The notes under the pieces are model-generated. The model searched no databases, was not told where the DNA came from, and saw only the letters and a program-made list of their open reading frames with translations. A DNA stretch of 63,634 nucleotides, counting the filler, from Rhabdomonas costata (taxonomy: Eukaryota): NCBI GenBank assembly GCA_019059605.1. It is 56 parts of 56 records of this genome, joined end to end, with 100 filler letters (N's around TTAATTAATTAA, not from the genome) between each part and the next. Parts side by side here need not be neighbours in the genome. Positions count along the whole stretch, not along the records: positions 1 to 1,039 come from JAHMHO010032017.1; positions 1,140 to 2,180 come from JAHMHO010032018.1; positions 2,281 to 3,319 come from JAHMHO010032019.1; positions 3,420 to 4,458 come from JAHMHO010032020.1; positions 4,559 to 5,596 come from JAHMHO010032021.1; positions 5,697 to 6,735 come from JAHMHO010032022.1; positions 6,836 to 7,874 come from JAHMHO010032023.1; positions 7,975 to 9,012 come from JAHMHO010032024.1; 48 more parts are not named here. The stretch is one strand, 5' to 3'. The position numbers were made by a program, and so were the translations under genes. Below, one piece after another: positions 1 through 12,528 of this stretch. Every line of letters begins with the position of its first letter. Within the stretch, counting starts at the first letter, position 1.

Positions 1-56
1 GGCACTCCTTTCGCAGTGACCCTTTTTTTCCTTCCCTTATATTTTGTTACTCATGT

Positions 57-108
57 TGACAATTTATGATGTCTTGGACCTCTGACAATTTATGATGTCT
101 TGGACCTC
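57..108 (+). repeat. Perfect 26-bp tandem duplication
   Basis: TGACAATTTATGATGTCTTGGACCTC occurs twice (57-82, 83-108). Confidence 0.9.
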
Positions 109-1039
109 TGCAATGATGAAAAAAAGCTTCGGGAGTGGCTGAAAGGTTGTGTCCCATAGGACAAGATATTTCTTCTCGCAGGGGGTTAGGAAGCCTTGCC
201 CGTGTCCCCTAGAAAAAGGGTCACTGCGAAAGTTATGCCAATTAAATAAACTGCACAGAAACCCAAGCAAGGGAACTGAAATGGCAAAATGGGCATACCC
301 AGGTCGGCTTTATGCCCGAAGTCTTGCGGAAGGCGCGCTCCGCGGGTGGGGTGGTGGCCTTCCGGTTAGGTGTGCCCTGCAGGTGGGGTAACTTGCAGGA
401 ATGCATTCCGTTTGTGGAGGTGTAGGTAAAAACGGGAGGGCGGAGGCAGACTAAGAATGAGCGGAGACGACGCGACGAGGGACGTCAAGCGTTTGCGGTC
501 GGCAGGGGAGACGCAGAGGAGGTGGGTGAACACATTTGCAAAAGGCCAACGAAATTAGAAGAAATACAAGGAAGATCTGGAGGGAAGATATGGAAAGAGC
601 CGGAATCTTTTCAGAAGCGACAAGTGTATGGTGTCAGGATACAATGGTTTTATGCTTTTCTTCAGAAAATCGCTCGTGGGTATCATGATATCCACTAATA
701 CAGAAAAAAATACAGAAATCTTGCAGAACAAGTTTGCTTTGGCAAAAGTACAACTTAAGCCCGAACAACTCGGGTCGTTTCAATACATATCGCGGTGGAC
801 ACTTTTATTTGGCGAACTTAAGAGGCTCTCATTTGGTGTGCCTTTTTGTGCAAAAAAAAAAGAGACACTTTCGGACTTACTAGAGGTTTTTTCCGGGGGA
901 AAAATGTACACTAAAAATCTACACCCAGCTACAAAGAGGCGGTGACCTCTCCTTGTTCTGGAAAGCATACCCCAAAAAACATTGTCAGCCGAGCTCGTTG
1001 GTATCCCAAACCACCTGAACTGCGCCCTTATCTTACTTT

Positions 1040-1139
1040 NNNNNNNNNNNNNNNNNNNNNNNNNNNNNNNNNNNNNNNNNNNNTTAATTAATTAANNNNN
1101 NNNNNNNNNNNNNNNNNNNNNNNNNNNNNNNNNNNNNNN
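1040..1139. other. Artificial contig-joining spacer (N44-TTAATTAATTAA-N44); first of 55 such spacers recurring about every 1,138 bp
   Basis: The identical palindromic linker with stops in all six frames, flanked by N runs, separates contigs of near-identical length (consistent with a length-sorted assembly). Confidence 0.99.
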
Positions 1140-2071
1140 GTTGAAGCGAGCTGCAGCTTTGGCACTGTCTTTCCACCGGCAGTGAGCTGCGCCCGTTCCT
1201 GGAAATTCCTGGCCATGGTTTGGCGCATTCGTTCACTGGTAGTCGAGGTGTACAAGGTCCTTTCGTCAACCGCAGTTCATTTTTATCAGAATATAATACG
1301 CGCATGTTCTTGAGGTTGCCGGTGTTCCGGACAGTGGCAGGTGACGGAAAGCACACAAAGAATGATATCGGCCAAAGAAAAACGTGCAATCCAGAATGTT
1401 GCCGAAAAGTTTTGACATAAGGACTCCGTACACAGCGAACTTTTTTCCAAGAAATATCGCCTGTAAGGTAAAAAAAACATCTCCAATTTTCACCTGCGAC
1501 GTGGAAACCAGCTCTTTTTGGGGGTCCTGTTCTTATGAAAATACATGCACAAGGTTATTGTGGAGGGAGAGTATTCTGCCTCTAGCGGCACACAAACACA
1601 TCAAAAGCCGCACACACAGACCCAGGGTGTCCGAGGGCGCGGGGAAGCCCACCCAGCTGTAGGCCGGAATGGGCTGCCCCGAGGAGTCCAGCCGAGCTGA
1701 GGGACAAATAAAAGCAAAAAAAAGGTGCCGCTCACCCTCGAGTACTCGAGTATCCCCCGCCCCCCCCCCTCCCCATACTCAGCACCTTTCCGGTGGCTGC
1801 AGGGTTGGATAACTCTATATAACTGCATACAGCTCGCGTGTCTTGCCCTGCTTGTGCCACAAACCCCTTAAACCCACTAACATTCGTGAAAGTGTTTGCG
1901 CCCATCATCGCTCCATGTCTTCCCAGGGAGTCCCACGTGTGGGGAGAGTGCGTTCGTCTGCCCCAGAGGCTACATGGCTACCAATGGAAGCACTGTTTGC
2001 TCGTCACTGACATGTGGCCTGAGTGACTGCTGCCGAGGTATGACATTTACACACACAAACATACATACAAA

Positions 2072-2180
2072 AAACAAACGAACGAACAAACAATTAAACA
2101 AATAAACAAACAAACAAACAAACAAACAAACAAACAAACAAACAAACAAACAAACAAACAAACAAACAAACAAACAAACA
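2072..2180 (+). repeat. (AAAC)n microsatellite ending the contig
   Basis: Imperfect then perfect AAAC array runs to the contig end. Confidence 0.97.
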
Positions 2181-2551
2181 NNNNNNNNNNNNNNNNNNNN
2201 NNNNNNNNNNNNNNNNNNNNNNNNTTAATTAATTAANNNNNNNNNNNNNNNNNNNNNNNNNNNNNNNNNNNNNNNNNNNNTGTGGTGTGTGTGAGACGTC
2301 TCCCTCTCCTGGGTTTTCATGCAGTGAAGGATATTCTGAGTTCATGATTTGCTCCATTTAGTCTTCCTTTTCATGACCTGTGGCCTTTGTTAGAAACGTT
2401 TGCTTACTGCAGCTTTTCTTGTGTCTTGAGTGGCGGCAGCTTCAGACAGAAGAATCGGTCACGGATAAAAAGTTTGCGCTGAGGAATTTTGAGTAAGGGT
2501 AAGCATTTAGCTGTTCGCTGCTGAAAGGAAGTCGCTTCTATCATTTTTCAG

Positions 2552-3182
2552 GTCGCACGGGACACAGCCTCTGGATTCAACCCTAATGCCAACATTAAGG
2601 CGTACCACGCGAACATCAAGGACCCGGAGTTCGGCCGGGCCTTCTTCGAGCGCTTTGACCTCGTGATAAATGCCCTAGACAACCTTGGTGTTTTGCGAGC
2701 GAGTGAAGAAGGAGCAGAGAAGGGGTGGTTGAGGCTTTTGTGGTGCAAGTTTGGCGATCCAATGTGTTCGTCCACACCCTTGAAACTCACGTAAAGCTTG
2801 AAGTGTTCATTTTTTGGTTAGGGTGACGACTTTTGGGTGTCAGAAAATGTGTTCGGGGATTTTAGGGGATTTGCCCGCAGTGGAAGTGGGTGGAACAAAA
2901 ACATGGTTTCGAAGGAGGTATGGGTCAATATAAAATGTCACACCTTAAATGCATGCCACCGCCACGCAACTTCGCTTTTCGGCGATGCGAGTGAGGTGTG
3001 GAGTCGTTTTGCGTATTCGTGGTAACGGAGCCCTGTGGCCAATTTTAAAATGTTCGCTTACGATTTCCCCCCTCTCCCCAGACGCCCGTAAGCACGTCAA
3101 CCGGGTTTGCATTGCGGCGGACAAGCCGCTGATCGAGAGCGGGACCAGGGGCTTTGAGGGCCAGGTCCAGCCCATTCGGAAG
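2552..3182 (+). CDS. UBA2: SUMO-activating enzyme subunit 2 (E1 ThiF domain), two internal exons
   Basis: Exons 2552-2687 and 3082-3182 with a GT-AG intron join to [79 protein letters not shown], matching the UBA2 NALDN..AR.HVNR.C....PLIESGT.G..GQV signature. Confidence 0.92.
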
Positions 3183-4564
3183 GTTCAGCGCCTTTTTCTC
3201 GTGCGATCTTTTTTCCTTTGTTTTGTTCTGGTTCCCGGTTGTGTAAAGAGGGTACCCCTCGGCTGGTGAACTTACTTACCTGACCCATCTGAAGACTCGT
3301 GGTGGCTTCCCCCCACCCCNNNNNNNNNNNNNNNNNNNNNNNNNNNNNNNNNNNNNNNNNNNNTTAATTAATTAANNNNNNNNNNNNNNNNNNNNNNNNN
3401 NNNNNNNNNNNNNNNNNNNGGGGGGGGGGAACAAAACCTGAAAACTGTCACCAAGGAGTGATGACTCTGCACCCCCTCGCTGGCGTCCTTGGAGCTCTGA
3501 AAAAAAGTAACGCTCGGTTCGGAAAACAAGCGATCTTGGGGAGAGACGTTAAGTTAAACCACAGGACCCGACCGTTCATTAAAAAACGAAATCTTGCAGG
3601 CAGGGCCTTCTGCCCCCGACCACCGCATCGACAATTCGCAGCCTGCCCGATGATGGTAGCCCCAGACATTCAAAAGCCAAGCATGCACTGTACCACGTGT
3701 GGAGGCGAGCCATCACATCATCGCGTTAGCCGGCATGCCATGAAAAAACACCAGGAGATGGAATCTGGCACAAATGCTACTCAACAGAATGGGCCAACCT
3801 GGGCCTGCACACGAGGAGCACAGGGCCCATTCGTGTCTCCAGCCACGCTCCGAGGAGAGGCCGAGAGGAGCGGCCCCGCGACCAGACTGACATCACGTAC
3901 CCGAGGGGTGGGCTTGCGGTAGGGCTTCCCTGGCAAGGTCCTGACCAACAGACAGAAGGCCCCAGATAGATGAGTGATGAGAAAAAGCACAGCCCCGCAG
4001 CTAAATCGAACCTCTAAAACGGTAGGGGGAATTGGGCAGGGAGAATGGCTGGGAATTCAGCTGATCAGTCAAAGTCAATGAAAACCCAAAGCAGCTGCAA
4101 TTACAGAGACAATCTCAAGAGACAAAGAGGTTGGACACAACCACAGCCATGCAAAACTGCAGTGTGAAGTTCACTGCAATACTGATCCAATGGCCTAAAT
4201 GACAAGAAAGGGTGCAGAAATAAGTTGTGGTGACGCGGCGCATGGCACACAGAGATAAAACTGCGCCTCCAGAGTCAGGAACCATGCACCAAACTTTATC
4301 GTTGACTGTGTTTTTAAGCCCCCCACCAAAAAATGATGCGACGGATAGGAACACATGGATACAGGCCCCTCCCCCAACAGATGATGCCGCAACGCACTTG
4401 ACAATCGTCGGGGGAGGAAGGGCCTTGCGAAGCAGCAGCGCGGCACCTCCCCCACAACNNNNNNNNNNNNNNNNNNNNNNNNNNNNNNNNNNNNNNNNNN
4501 NNTTAATTAATTAANNNNNNNNNNNNNNNNNNNNNNNNNNNNNNNNNNNNNNNNNNNNGTTGGG

Positions 4565-4707
4565 GTGGAAAGGTAAAGGCTTCCAGTTCACACTCGACAT
4601 TCGAATATTTAGGTAACCTGTGCTACTGCTGTCATATAGGGAGCAGTAGCACAGGTTACCTAAATATTCGAATGTCGAGTGTGAACTGGAAGCCTTTACC
4701 TTTCCAC
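4565..4707. repeat. Perfect 66-bp-arm inverted repeat at contig start (probable fold-back artefact)
   Basis: Arms 4565-4630 and 4642-4707, 11-nt loop. Confidence 0.9.
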
Positions 4708-4774
4708 ACCCAGCCTAAACTGGGCAGGAACAACATGCACGCCACAAAAAAGAAACCCCGGATGGGCAACTTAC

Positions 4775-5128
4775 CGGTAGGGAGTCCCTGTTCTCCATGT
4801 ACTGGAACATCTCCACTGTGCGGTGCATCTGAATGGCCGGATTGGCCACCTGGAAAGGAGGATCGGCTAGAAGATGGACGGAGCCGACTTCGCAAGTCAG
4901 GTGCACCAGCTTCCCCTCCACAGCGCGGGATATCGGGGAGCAAGGTACCTCGACCACGCTCGCCAGGTCGGCCTCAACAGCTCGGGCGGCGTGGACGGCG
5001 CGGCTTTCGTTCCAGCCCATCAGGACCAGGGTCCCGGCAAAGAGGGTCAGGCCCACGCATAACCTGATCGCTCCAAAAATGCGGGAGCCGACCCCTTCGT
5101 GCTTCACATCTTCTGGCACTCCCCACAT
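4775..5128 (-). CDS. TMEM43: TMEM43/LUMA family membrane protein, first coding exon
   Basis: MWGVPED...TM segment...WNESRAV...EGKLVHL...DPPFQV...MHRTVEMFQYME matches TMEM43 motifs (WNEGRA, GKLVH, R.VEMYQW.E). GTAAGT donor follows at 4774. Confidence 0.85.
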
Positions 5129-6575
5129 CGCTCGTGCAAAAGCCAAGGAAGGGGAACAATGGAGAAGAGAGAGCTGCGGCCTAACCACACACCGCACGCA
5201 AACACACGTTCCGGTCACAGAGGAGGCAGTTTTTCTGGCATATGTTTCGTCCTTCAGTGATAATGACTTATTCTGTTACTTTGTTTATCAGAATGTGACT
5301 TTGGGCGCAATCTGCGATGTGATTCACCGAAACGCGATTTCCGGTGCAAACTCGCACAAACTCACAAACACACATTACTGGATTATGATGATGCCGCGGT
5401 CATATTCATTCGCCATTGATCTTCATTAGGGACGATCATGTGTTTCGTCGGAGGAGCAAATTGGACGATGGTTGATCGTAATCCTCACGAATGACCTTGC
5501 ACAAGTCAGCCGCTGCATCTGAATGCTAAGCCCCACCAAAAAAAACAAAAATTGTCGTTGGGAAATGCTCTCTCTCCATCGAACTGAGAAGGGAGCNNNN
5601 NNNNNNNNNNNNNNNNNNNNNNNNNNNNNNNNNNNNNNNNTTAATTAATTAANNNNNNNNNNNNNNNNNNNNNNNNNNNNNNNNNNNNNNNNNNNNTTCT
5701 TTTCCCTTCCTTTTTCTTTTCTGTTTTCGTTTTTTGGTTTCTCTTGCAGGACTCGGCTCCTGATGCCGTGTTTTTTCTCCACTAATCTTGGAGAGGTAGG
5801 TTCGTACCGGTGCCCGGTGTCACCGATGGATAGGTGGGGATGGTAGTGATGGTGATTTGGGCATCTTTGGGCAGGTGGGTAGTGCATGATGGTGGTAGAT
5901 GCATGCTAGGTGGTGCTTCCTGTGGTCATGCATGGGTGGTGCAGTGGTAGGTGGTGGAGGCGTAGGTGGGGTATCTTGGGCCCTCGTGATGCTCACGTCG
6001 GTGTGGGTGCGCAGCGACCACCCCGAAGTAGGAGGTAGAGTGTAGTGGAGGCACAGTACCACCCTATGGTTGTGAGGGGCCGGAACCACCCACACATCGG
6101 AATCATGCGACCTGGAGGGAGCATGTGACCAGCATAGAAACACACTACCCCTGTGTACCCCTTCCATAATCCATACAAGCATCACCACTTGAGGCCCATC
6201 TGGTGGATGTATGCATGTGGTACGTGGAGGGCCGATGTGTGGGAATCTTAACTCCATCTCATCTTTCTCTATCAGGGTGGTAATTTCTCATGTTGGGGTA
6301 TTTGTGTGGGTTTCGAATTTCGGGGTTGGTTTTTCGTCTTTATGTATTCGTGGGTTCTGATTCTTTCTCTGATTCTGTGCGCTATTTCTCTACGGTGGGA
6401 GATGGTTACCTTGGGGCTTGGGTTTCGTTGTTGGGAAGCATTTGGTATTCGTGGTTCTAACGTGTTCATGGGAGGTGCGTTGTTGGGGCGTTTATGTCTT
6501 CGTGGTTCTGGGTTATGTGTCAGGGTTTCGCTTTCTGCCTTCGTGTCTTGGGTTCGTGTGTCTGGTTCGCTTCTC

Positions 6576-6729
6576 TTGGCCTTATGTATCCGTTGTTTTC
6601 TGGGTTCAATTGCTACCATTTATTACTATTCTGCGTTGTTTGATGCCATTGCTGCATGGTTTCGAACAACGCAGAATAGTAATAAATGGTAGCAATTGAA
6701 CCCAGAAAACAACGGATACATAAGGCCAA
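6576..6729. repeat. Perfect 65-bp-arm inverted repeat at contig end (probable fold-back artefact)
   Basis: Arms 6576-6640 and 6665-6729. Confidence 0.9.
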
Positions 6730-7975
6730 AAACAANNNNNNNNNNNNNNNNNNNNNNNNNNNNNNNNNNNNNNNNNNNNTTAATTAATTAANNNNNNNNN
6801 NNNNNNNNNNNNNNNNNNNNNNNNNNNNNNNNNNNCTGGGGCATTTTTGCAACAAAATAATGGAAGTGGAGCGGCCCAATACCTAATTCGCGTGACGGTG
6901 AGGTTTAGTTGCTTCACGTGTTCACTTCAAAAGAATATACGAAGAACAGAAACTTGAACAATGGCTATGACCACTGTCCTGTTTTGCAGAATAGAAGTGG
7001 GAAACAGCTGGAGCACGAGCACTTGTGTCACATCTCCAGATGCGTGGCAAACGAAGCCTCGACGGTAACCTCTGTTTATTCATGGGTTTGGCAAACTACG
7101 CCTTGCCATGTACAAGACAGGGGCTTCCTCCGCTTTCCGCGGCTTTGAGAGCGACGCCTTGCCTTGGAAAATGAAGTAAACTGCACGCAAACCCACAACG
7201 CGTGAAATGCGTAGGTCGTAAATGTTTAGTCTGCTATCAGGTGTGACGGATTAGTACCTTGGCTGGTAAAATCCACACCGCCTCAGAGGATTTGGTGGAG
7301 TGATGACAACAAAGAAAAATTAAAAGTCAAACATATGGCCAGTTTCATCTCAAAAGTGAAAGGTTCCAACACAAACATAAACCTGTCAGAAATCCGAGTA
7401 AAGGTGCACATCAAAATAAATGGTTTCATTTATTTGCTCTCAGGAAACCACTGTCATATAAAATGTGGCAATTCTTAGAAGCATTGATGTTTTTCTTATT
7501 CAAAAACAGCACTCAACTCACCAGCCCAAATTCATCATGAAACACTACCAAGCGCATTTCATTCAGACAATATGGGTAAAAATCGAAACCGTTTCCCTAT
7601 ATAAACCTCTGTAAGTCGAAAATGTCTCCTTTTTTGAAACGTTTTTCCACATCTAAGTTTTGAGGTGAAGCTGGAAATATAATATGATTTCAGGACAACG
7701 TCAACCCCAGCACACCTATTTAGAACGCACAAAAGTATAAAATAAAACACTATCACATTATTTCTAGCTCATTTGGGCCCGGAAGGGCCTTTCAAAGAAG
7801 AAGTCAAAAGTAATAACAGCGTGTGACCACCAAAATTGTGCACAACGCACCACAGAGCACGAATGCAATTAACANNNNNNNNNNNNNNNNNNNNNNNNNN
7901 NNNNNNNNNNNNNNNNNNTTAATTAATTAANNNNNNNNNNNNNNNNNNNNNNNNNNNNNNNNNNNNNNNNNNNNG

Positions 7976-8326
7976 TTGGTTTTGAGCTCTTGCCTCGACC
8001 TGCAGCTGCGGACTGCGTCGGGTCAGGACCTCTTCCCGGGGAGCTCCTCGTGGTACCCAGGGTTTGCTCTCCTCTGCGCCAGTGAGCTTCGTGTAGACCA
8101 CAACGGTACCCAGGCCAAGCTCCCGGCAGTGAATCCGCTCAAGCCCGGGGACGGAGTGGAGCTTCGGGTTGACCGGAGCGATCCGGAGGACCCCGCTGGT
8201 GGCACTGCAGTGATCGCGATCAACGGAGCCCAGGTTGCGGGCCCCCTGGCCCTAGGATTCACGGAAGATGCCGTGGTAGTGGTGTCCATGTACTTTATGG
8301 GCAGCGCCGTGCAGATCGTGAGGTAA
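7976..8326 (+). CDS. Exon encoding a beta-sandwich (SPRY/B30.2- or NHR-like) domain C-terminal part
   Basis: GC3-rich open frame with LKPGDGVELRVD...AVIAINGAQV...VVVVSMY..GSAVQIV, resembling SPRY GD.IG...D...L.F..NG...P.VS. The end may be a stop (TAA) or a GTAAAC donor. Confidence 0.5.
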   Translation: MVLSSCLDLQLRTASGQDLFPGSSSWYPGFALLCASELRVDHNGTQAKLPAVNPLKPGDGVELRVDRSDPEDPAGGTAVIAINGAQVAGPLALGFTEDAVVVVSMYFMGSAVQIVR

Positions 8327-9382
8327 ACTCAGGGGTTTCAGGCGTGCGTGCTTCCTCGCTTCTTCGCATGAGGTATTCGACCTTTGCTTTTGTGCCCTCT
8401 TTGAGCCTCTCTTTTCAAGCTCGTGGGACGTACTACTTTTACCCAGCGGGGGCTCCTTTCTACCAAATCCCATTAAAAGATTCAGAAATGTGTCAGATAT
8501 GAACCTTCCATCCACCGGAGCCCTGCTGCACAGACCTTATCGCTTCTCCGGTTTTCCGGTCATTCGAGCATTGCCTTTTCGACCATTAGGCAATCGCTCT
8601 GCTTAAATATACCGAAAGTGGTACAAAATTTTTTTGCTGTATATGCCTTCGTCTGAGCAACATAGCGGCTGTTGGAACATTGCTCCCCAGTTCCTGCGAA
8701 GCCTTACTTATACAGCAAATCACTAGCATCATCATCATTTTGCGTCATTGAAATATGTTTTGACTTTTTGTTGTGAAAGTGAAATGTTTATATTCGGAGC
8801 AAACCCCTCTTGGTGAGAGTCGACGTCTGTGCCTCAATATGGATTTCTTTGTGCCCCCCCCCACCTTCCCACAGATTAATTTCTCTGTGTTTGCGCTTTG
8901 CGCTCACTATTGGGTCCGGTAGCCCTCTCTCGCTCTTCCTCAAATCGGTTGATTTCCTGTGTATTTTGGGAGGGGTTCTTCTGGGTCTTGTCCGCGTCTA
9001 TACACCAACAAANNNNNNNNNNNNNNNNNNNNNNNNNNNNNNNNNNNNNNNNNNNNTTAATTAATTAANNNNNNNNNNNNNNNNNNNNNNNNNNNNNNNN
9101 NNNNNNNNNNNNGGGTTTTGTGGAGTACTCCACTCCCGCACTGCTCTGGGCCAAAATGTCCTCCGGCCACGGTGCCTCCAGCAGGGCATCCTGAACATCC
9201 AAGCTCCATGCCACAGCATTATCCGTGTCCCGGAAAGCCACCATAAAGCTATCCCCTTGTGTCTTGACCTAGCAAAAAGAATGAATAAAAGAATGCCAGT
9301 GTTTGAAGAGAGAGAAAAAGCAACTGCCCACACTTGTGACGAAGCCTAAGTCCTATTGCAACCCTATTGAAAAAAGGGGCAC

Positions 9383-10151
9383 CTCATATCCATTGTGATG
9401 GGTGATGAGATCACGGAGAACAGTATTGTGGGTATCCAAGGCCTCCTTCATGCCCGGGCATATGTCCCAAAGGCGAGTGCTGTCTTTCACATCAGTGAAG
9501 ACCAGGGTGACCTCTCCCTGTGGGGCAGCCTTCAGCGCTTGCAGCTTCCGCCGATACTCCCCGAGCTGATGGAACACGCAGAAGCCAATCAACAGACTCA
9601 GCGCGATGAAGCCCCCAACAGCGACTCCAAGCACCCAAAGGATGGAGCTGCTTGACCCTGCCACTCGGGCACTGGGCTGAACCTCGCACGTAGAAAACTG
9701 CAAGGTCCCCGAGGGAACACTCTCCATCGAGCTGCTGTTGCCGCCCACGTGCATGACCCACACCACCCGAGAGCCCAGGTCACAGGACGCACTGTAGGGA
9801 CCTAAATGCACTCCAGAGAGAGTAACATCACTGCCTGTGATTACACCCTGCTTGAAAGCCGCCATCGGGGTCATGCTCTCCACTTGAATCCCTCCTAACG
9901 TTACCGCTAACATAGACCCAGTCAGGTAACCCTCAAGCACAGCAGTGGAAGGCGAGAAACTTGTGTTCAGCGAGGCAGCGACCTTGATGCAGTCCGCAGT
10001 GAAGGCATTTGTGGAGGAGAACGGGGAAGGAACAAACTGGGTCGCGAACACATTCCCAACGCTGGAAGGCAGAGCTGCTGAAAGGAGAGTGGGCTCATGC
10101 TCACCCAGTAACACAGCAACCACAACATCGGGTCGGTAGGTCTTCAAAACA
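9383..10151 (-). CDS. Receptor-type adenylate cyclase (periplasmic-binding-like ectodomain, one TM helix, start of class III cyclase domain), internal exon
   Basis: Ectodomain EGYLTG..LGPYSASCDLGSRVVWV, TM ILWVLGVAVGGFIALSLLIGFCVF, then APQGEVTLVFTDVKDSTRLW...M..AL..HN..LR.LI..HNGYE followed by a GT donor. Architecture as in trypanosomatid ESAG4/GRESAG4. Confidence 0.9.
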
Positions 10152-10417
10152 NNNNNNNNNNNNNNNNNNNNNNNNNNNNNNNNNNNNNNNNNNNNTTAAT
10201 TAATTAANNNNNNNNNNNNNNNNNNNNNNNNNNNNNNNNNNNNNNNNNNNNTTGTTTTTGTTTCTGCCTGTCACGTGCACCCCGTGATTGCTTTCTTGGC
10301 GTAGAGTGCTGCCATCTTTTGTGTTTTACTTTTTTTTTCCATATGTTGCGCTTTTCTGGGCGGATTTGGATTTTTGTTTCCACACATTACCACCAGGTCT
10401 GATTGCTATTTGTTCAG

Positions 10418-11044
10418 GGAATCCGGATAGGCCTGGTGGATTGCACGACGGAGTCCAGCATCTGCGGCCTCTACAGCGTCTCAATCTATCCTACCCTGAA
10501 GTGTGCTTATTCTCTGTCACGGTTATTACCCTGGAGGCCGTGTGTGTGTTGCGCTATAGCAAGCACACGCAAACGTGTCCATCCTTTTTGTTGGGAAGGA
10601 TAAGCCTCACAGCATACCAATAATCAATTTATCACCGTCCAATGATCATCGCGCGAAAGGAAAACCGTGAGGCACAGTAAAGGGGAAAGAGGTAGGAGGG
10701 AAGAGGGAGGTGTTCTGTTCAGAAAAATCCATCACTTTCATAGTATGCTGCCTTCATCCCATGGCCGGAAGTTGTGAGGGACCCCACACTCATATGGTGT
10801 CGCTGTGTGCTATGATCCCATTGCCCGAGCTGAAAACGAGGGCTGGATGGGGGCTAGGGGGTATCCCCCCCCAGAGGCCCTGTAGAGCGGCCCTATTGTG
10901 TTGGTGATTTTTTTCGCTGCTTCGCCAAGGTATGTCCACGAGGGTCGTGCCCACTCCTACCGAGGCAACCGTGACATGGACACCCTGAAGACCTTCCTGA
11001 GGCGCCTGCTTGTAACCGACGTCGAGGAGATCTCGTCCCTTATG
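10418..11044 (+). CDS. Protein disulfide isomerase/thioredoxin-fold protein, two exons
   Basis: Exons 10418-10500 and 10930-11044 (GT-AG, phase 2) give GIRIGLVDCTTESSICGLYSVSIYPTLK-YVHEGRAHSYRGNRDMDTLKTFLRR, the PDI VDC....C..Y.V..YPTLK....Y.G.R pattern. Confidence 0.85.
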
Positions 11045-12528
11045 GTGATGTTATTCTCCTTTTATTGAACGGGGGATTCCCTTCGTCCCTAAATGTGACC
11101 ACTGCCCTTCCTGCTTTTGCAGTATTCACTGCATTCCCTGGCTTCGGGGAGGTTATGTGGCCTTCCTGTATTACAGCGGTGGCAAATCCTTCGTGTAAAT
11201 CGACTTGTGTGCGGAACTTTGGGTGTTTAAATTGCCGCGGTAGTTGTTTTATGTGGCAGGCGTTCCGGAAGTTCACTGACATAAAAAACCNNNNNNNNNN
11301 NNNNNNNNNNNNNNNNNNNNNNNNNNNNNNNNNNTTAATTAATTAANNNNNNNNNNNNNNNNNNNNNNNNNNNNNNNNNNNNNNNNNNNNTATCGGAGCT
11401 GACTCCAGGAAACTAGAAAACAGCAGGGGGGGGGGACGAAAGAGTCCGCAGCCACATAACAATGTGTGAATGCTGCAATTAACCTCTTTTCTATGCCGTT
11501 AGCGTTCGTGTCATGCCGTTTGTGGGCTAATTGACCTGACATTGTCATTTTGTGTGTGAGCGAGGATAGACGGTGGCATTTCTTTTGCTCTGGGCGTGAT
11601 AGAACATGCTCTTGCTCCCTTGTGGCAGGTGGGGTGAGGTGCAGGGCGAAGCTAATTCTTGAGCTGCAATCTTTGCGGCCTCAAATTGCACCTTGTGTGG
11701 CTCCACATTTCTTCTTTTTTTTGGTGCTTGCAAAGGTTCCAGATTCCAGTTTTGGTGGGTGCTTTGATTTCATGAACGTTTTAAGCATTGCTCTCTCCCC
11801 CGTGAGGGGAGGGGGGATTTTTCCATTTTGGCCTGGTAGAAAATGGCGACCCTTTGCCATGTTCTGTCTCGTTGATTTTTTCGGAACAGGATGTTTGTGC
11901 ACCCCCAGCAGTGGATCACCGTTCTGCAGCGGCTGGCCTCGTCTGGCAAGAACAGTGGAGGGTTGCCTTCTCCTTCTCCGGGTGTCATCCCTGTGCTCCC
12001 GCACAGCACAGCGCTGAGCAGGCTGCGGGCCAGCCCTCTGAGCTGCCCCGTGTGCCTCACAGTGTTTCCGGTGGCTGCTTCGGACGAGGACGGCAAGGCT
12101 GCGGTAGTCGCCGCCAGGAACCACCTCTTACACAGCTGTGAGTTGCACTACCGGCACCACCGCGCCGGGGGCAATGCGGCTTCTACTGCGGGGCTCTCTG
12201 CTCCTGCATCGCCGTCCCCTGTGGTGTTCTGAGGGTAGGAGTAGCGCTTGACTCTCCTACCCGTTTCTTGGGACATGTCCCTGTACTGTAAACAAACGAG
12301 GTTTGTCTGTTTTGGAGTTTTTGTCAGGGGCCCACTAGTTCTGGCTTCGGTGTGTGAAATACGGAGAATATATGGGTTTCGGTCGTGAAGGGGAGTCTGG
12401 CCATTTTGGGTTGTCTTCTTTTTGTTTTNNNNNNNNNNNNNNNNNNNNNNNNNNNNNNNNNNNNNNNNNNNNTTAATTAATTAANNNNNNNNNNNNNNNN
12501 NNNNNNNNNNNNNNNNNNNNNNNNNNNN

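Noticed and set aside
1970..2173. ORF with FVCL repeats
   Set aside because: It is the translation of the (AAAC)n microsatellite.
11891..12232. CPVC...H...C putative zinc finger
   Set aside because: The spacing is atypical and exon boundaries are unclear, so support is insufficient.
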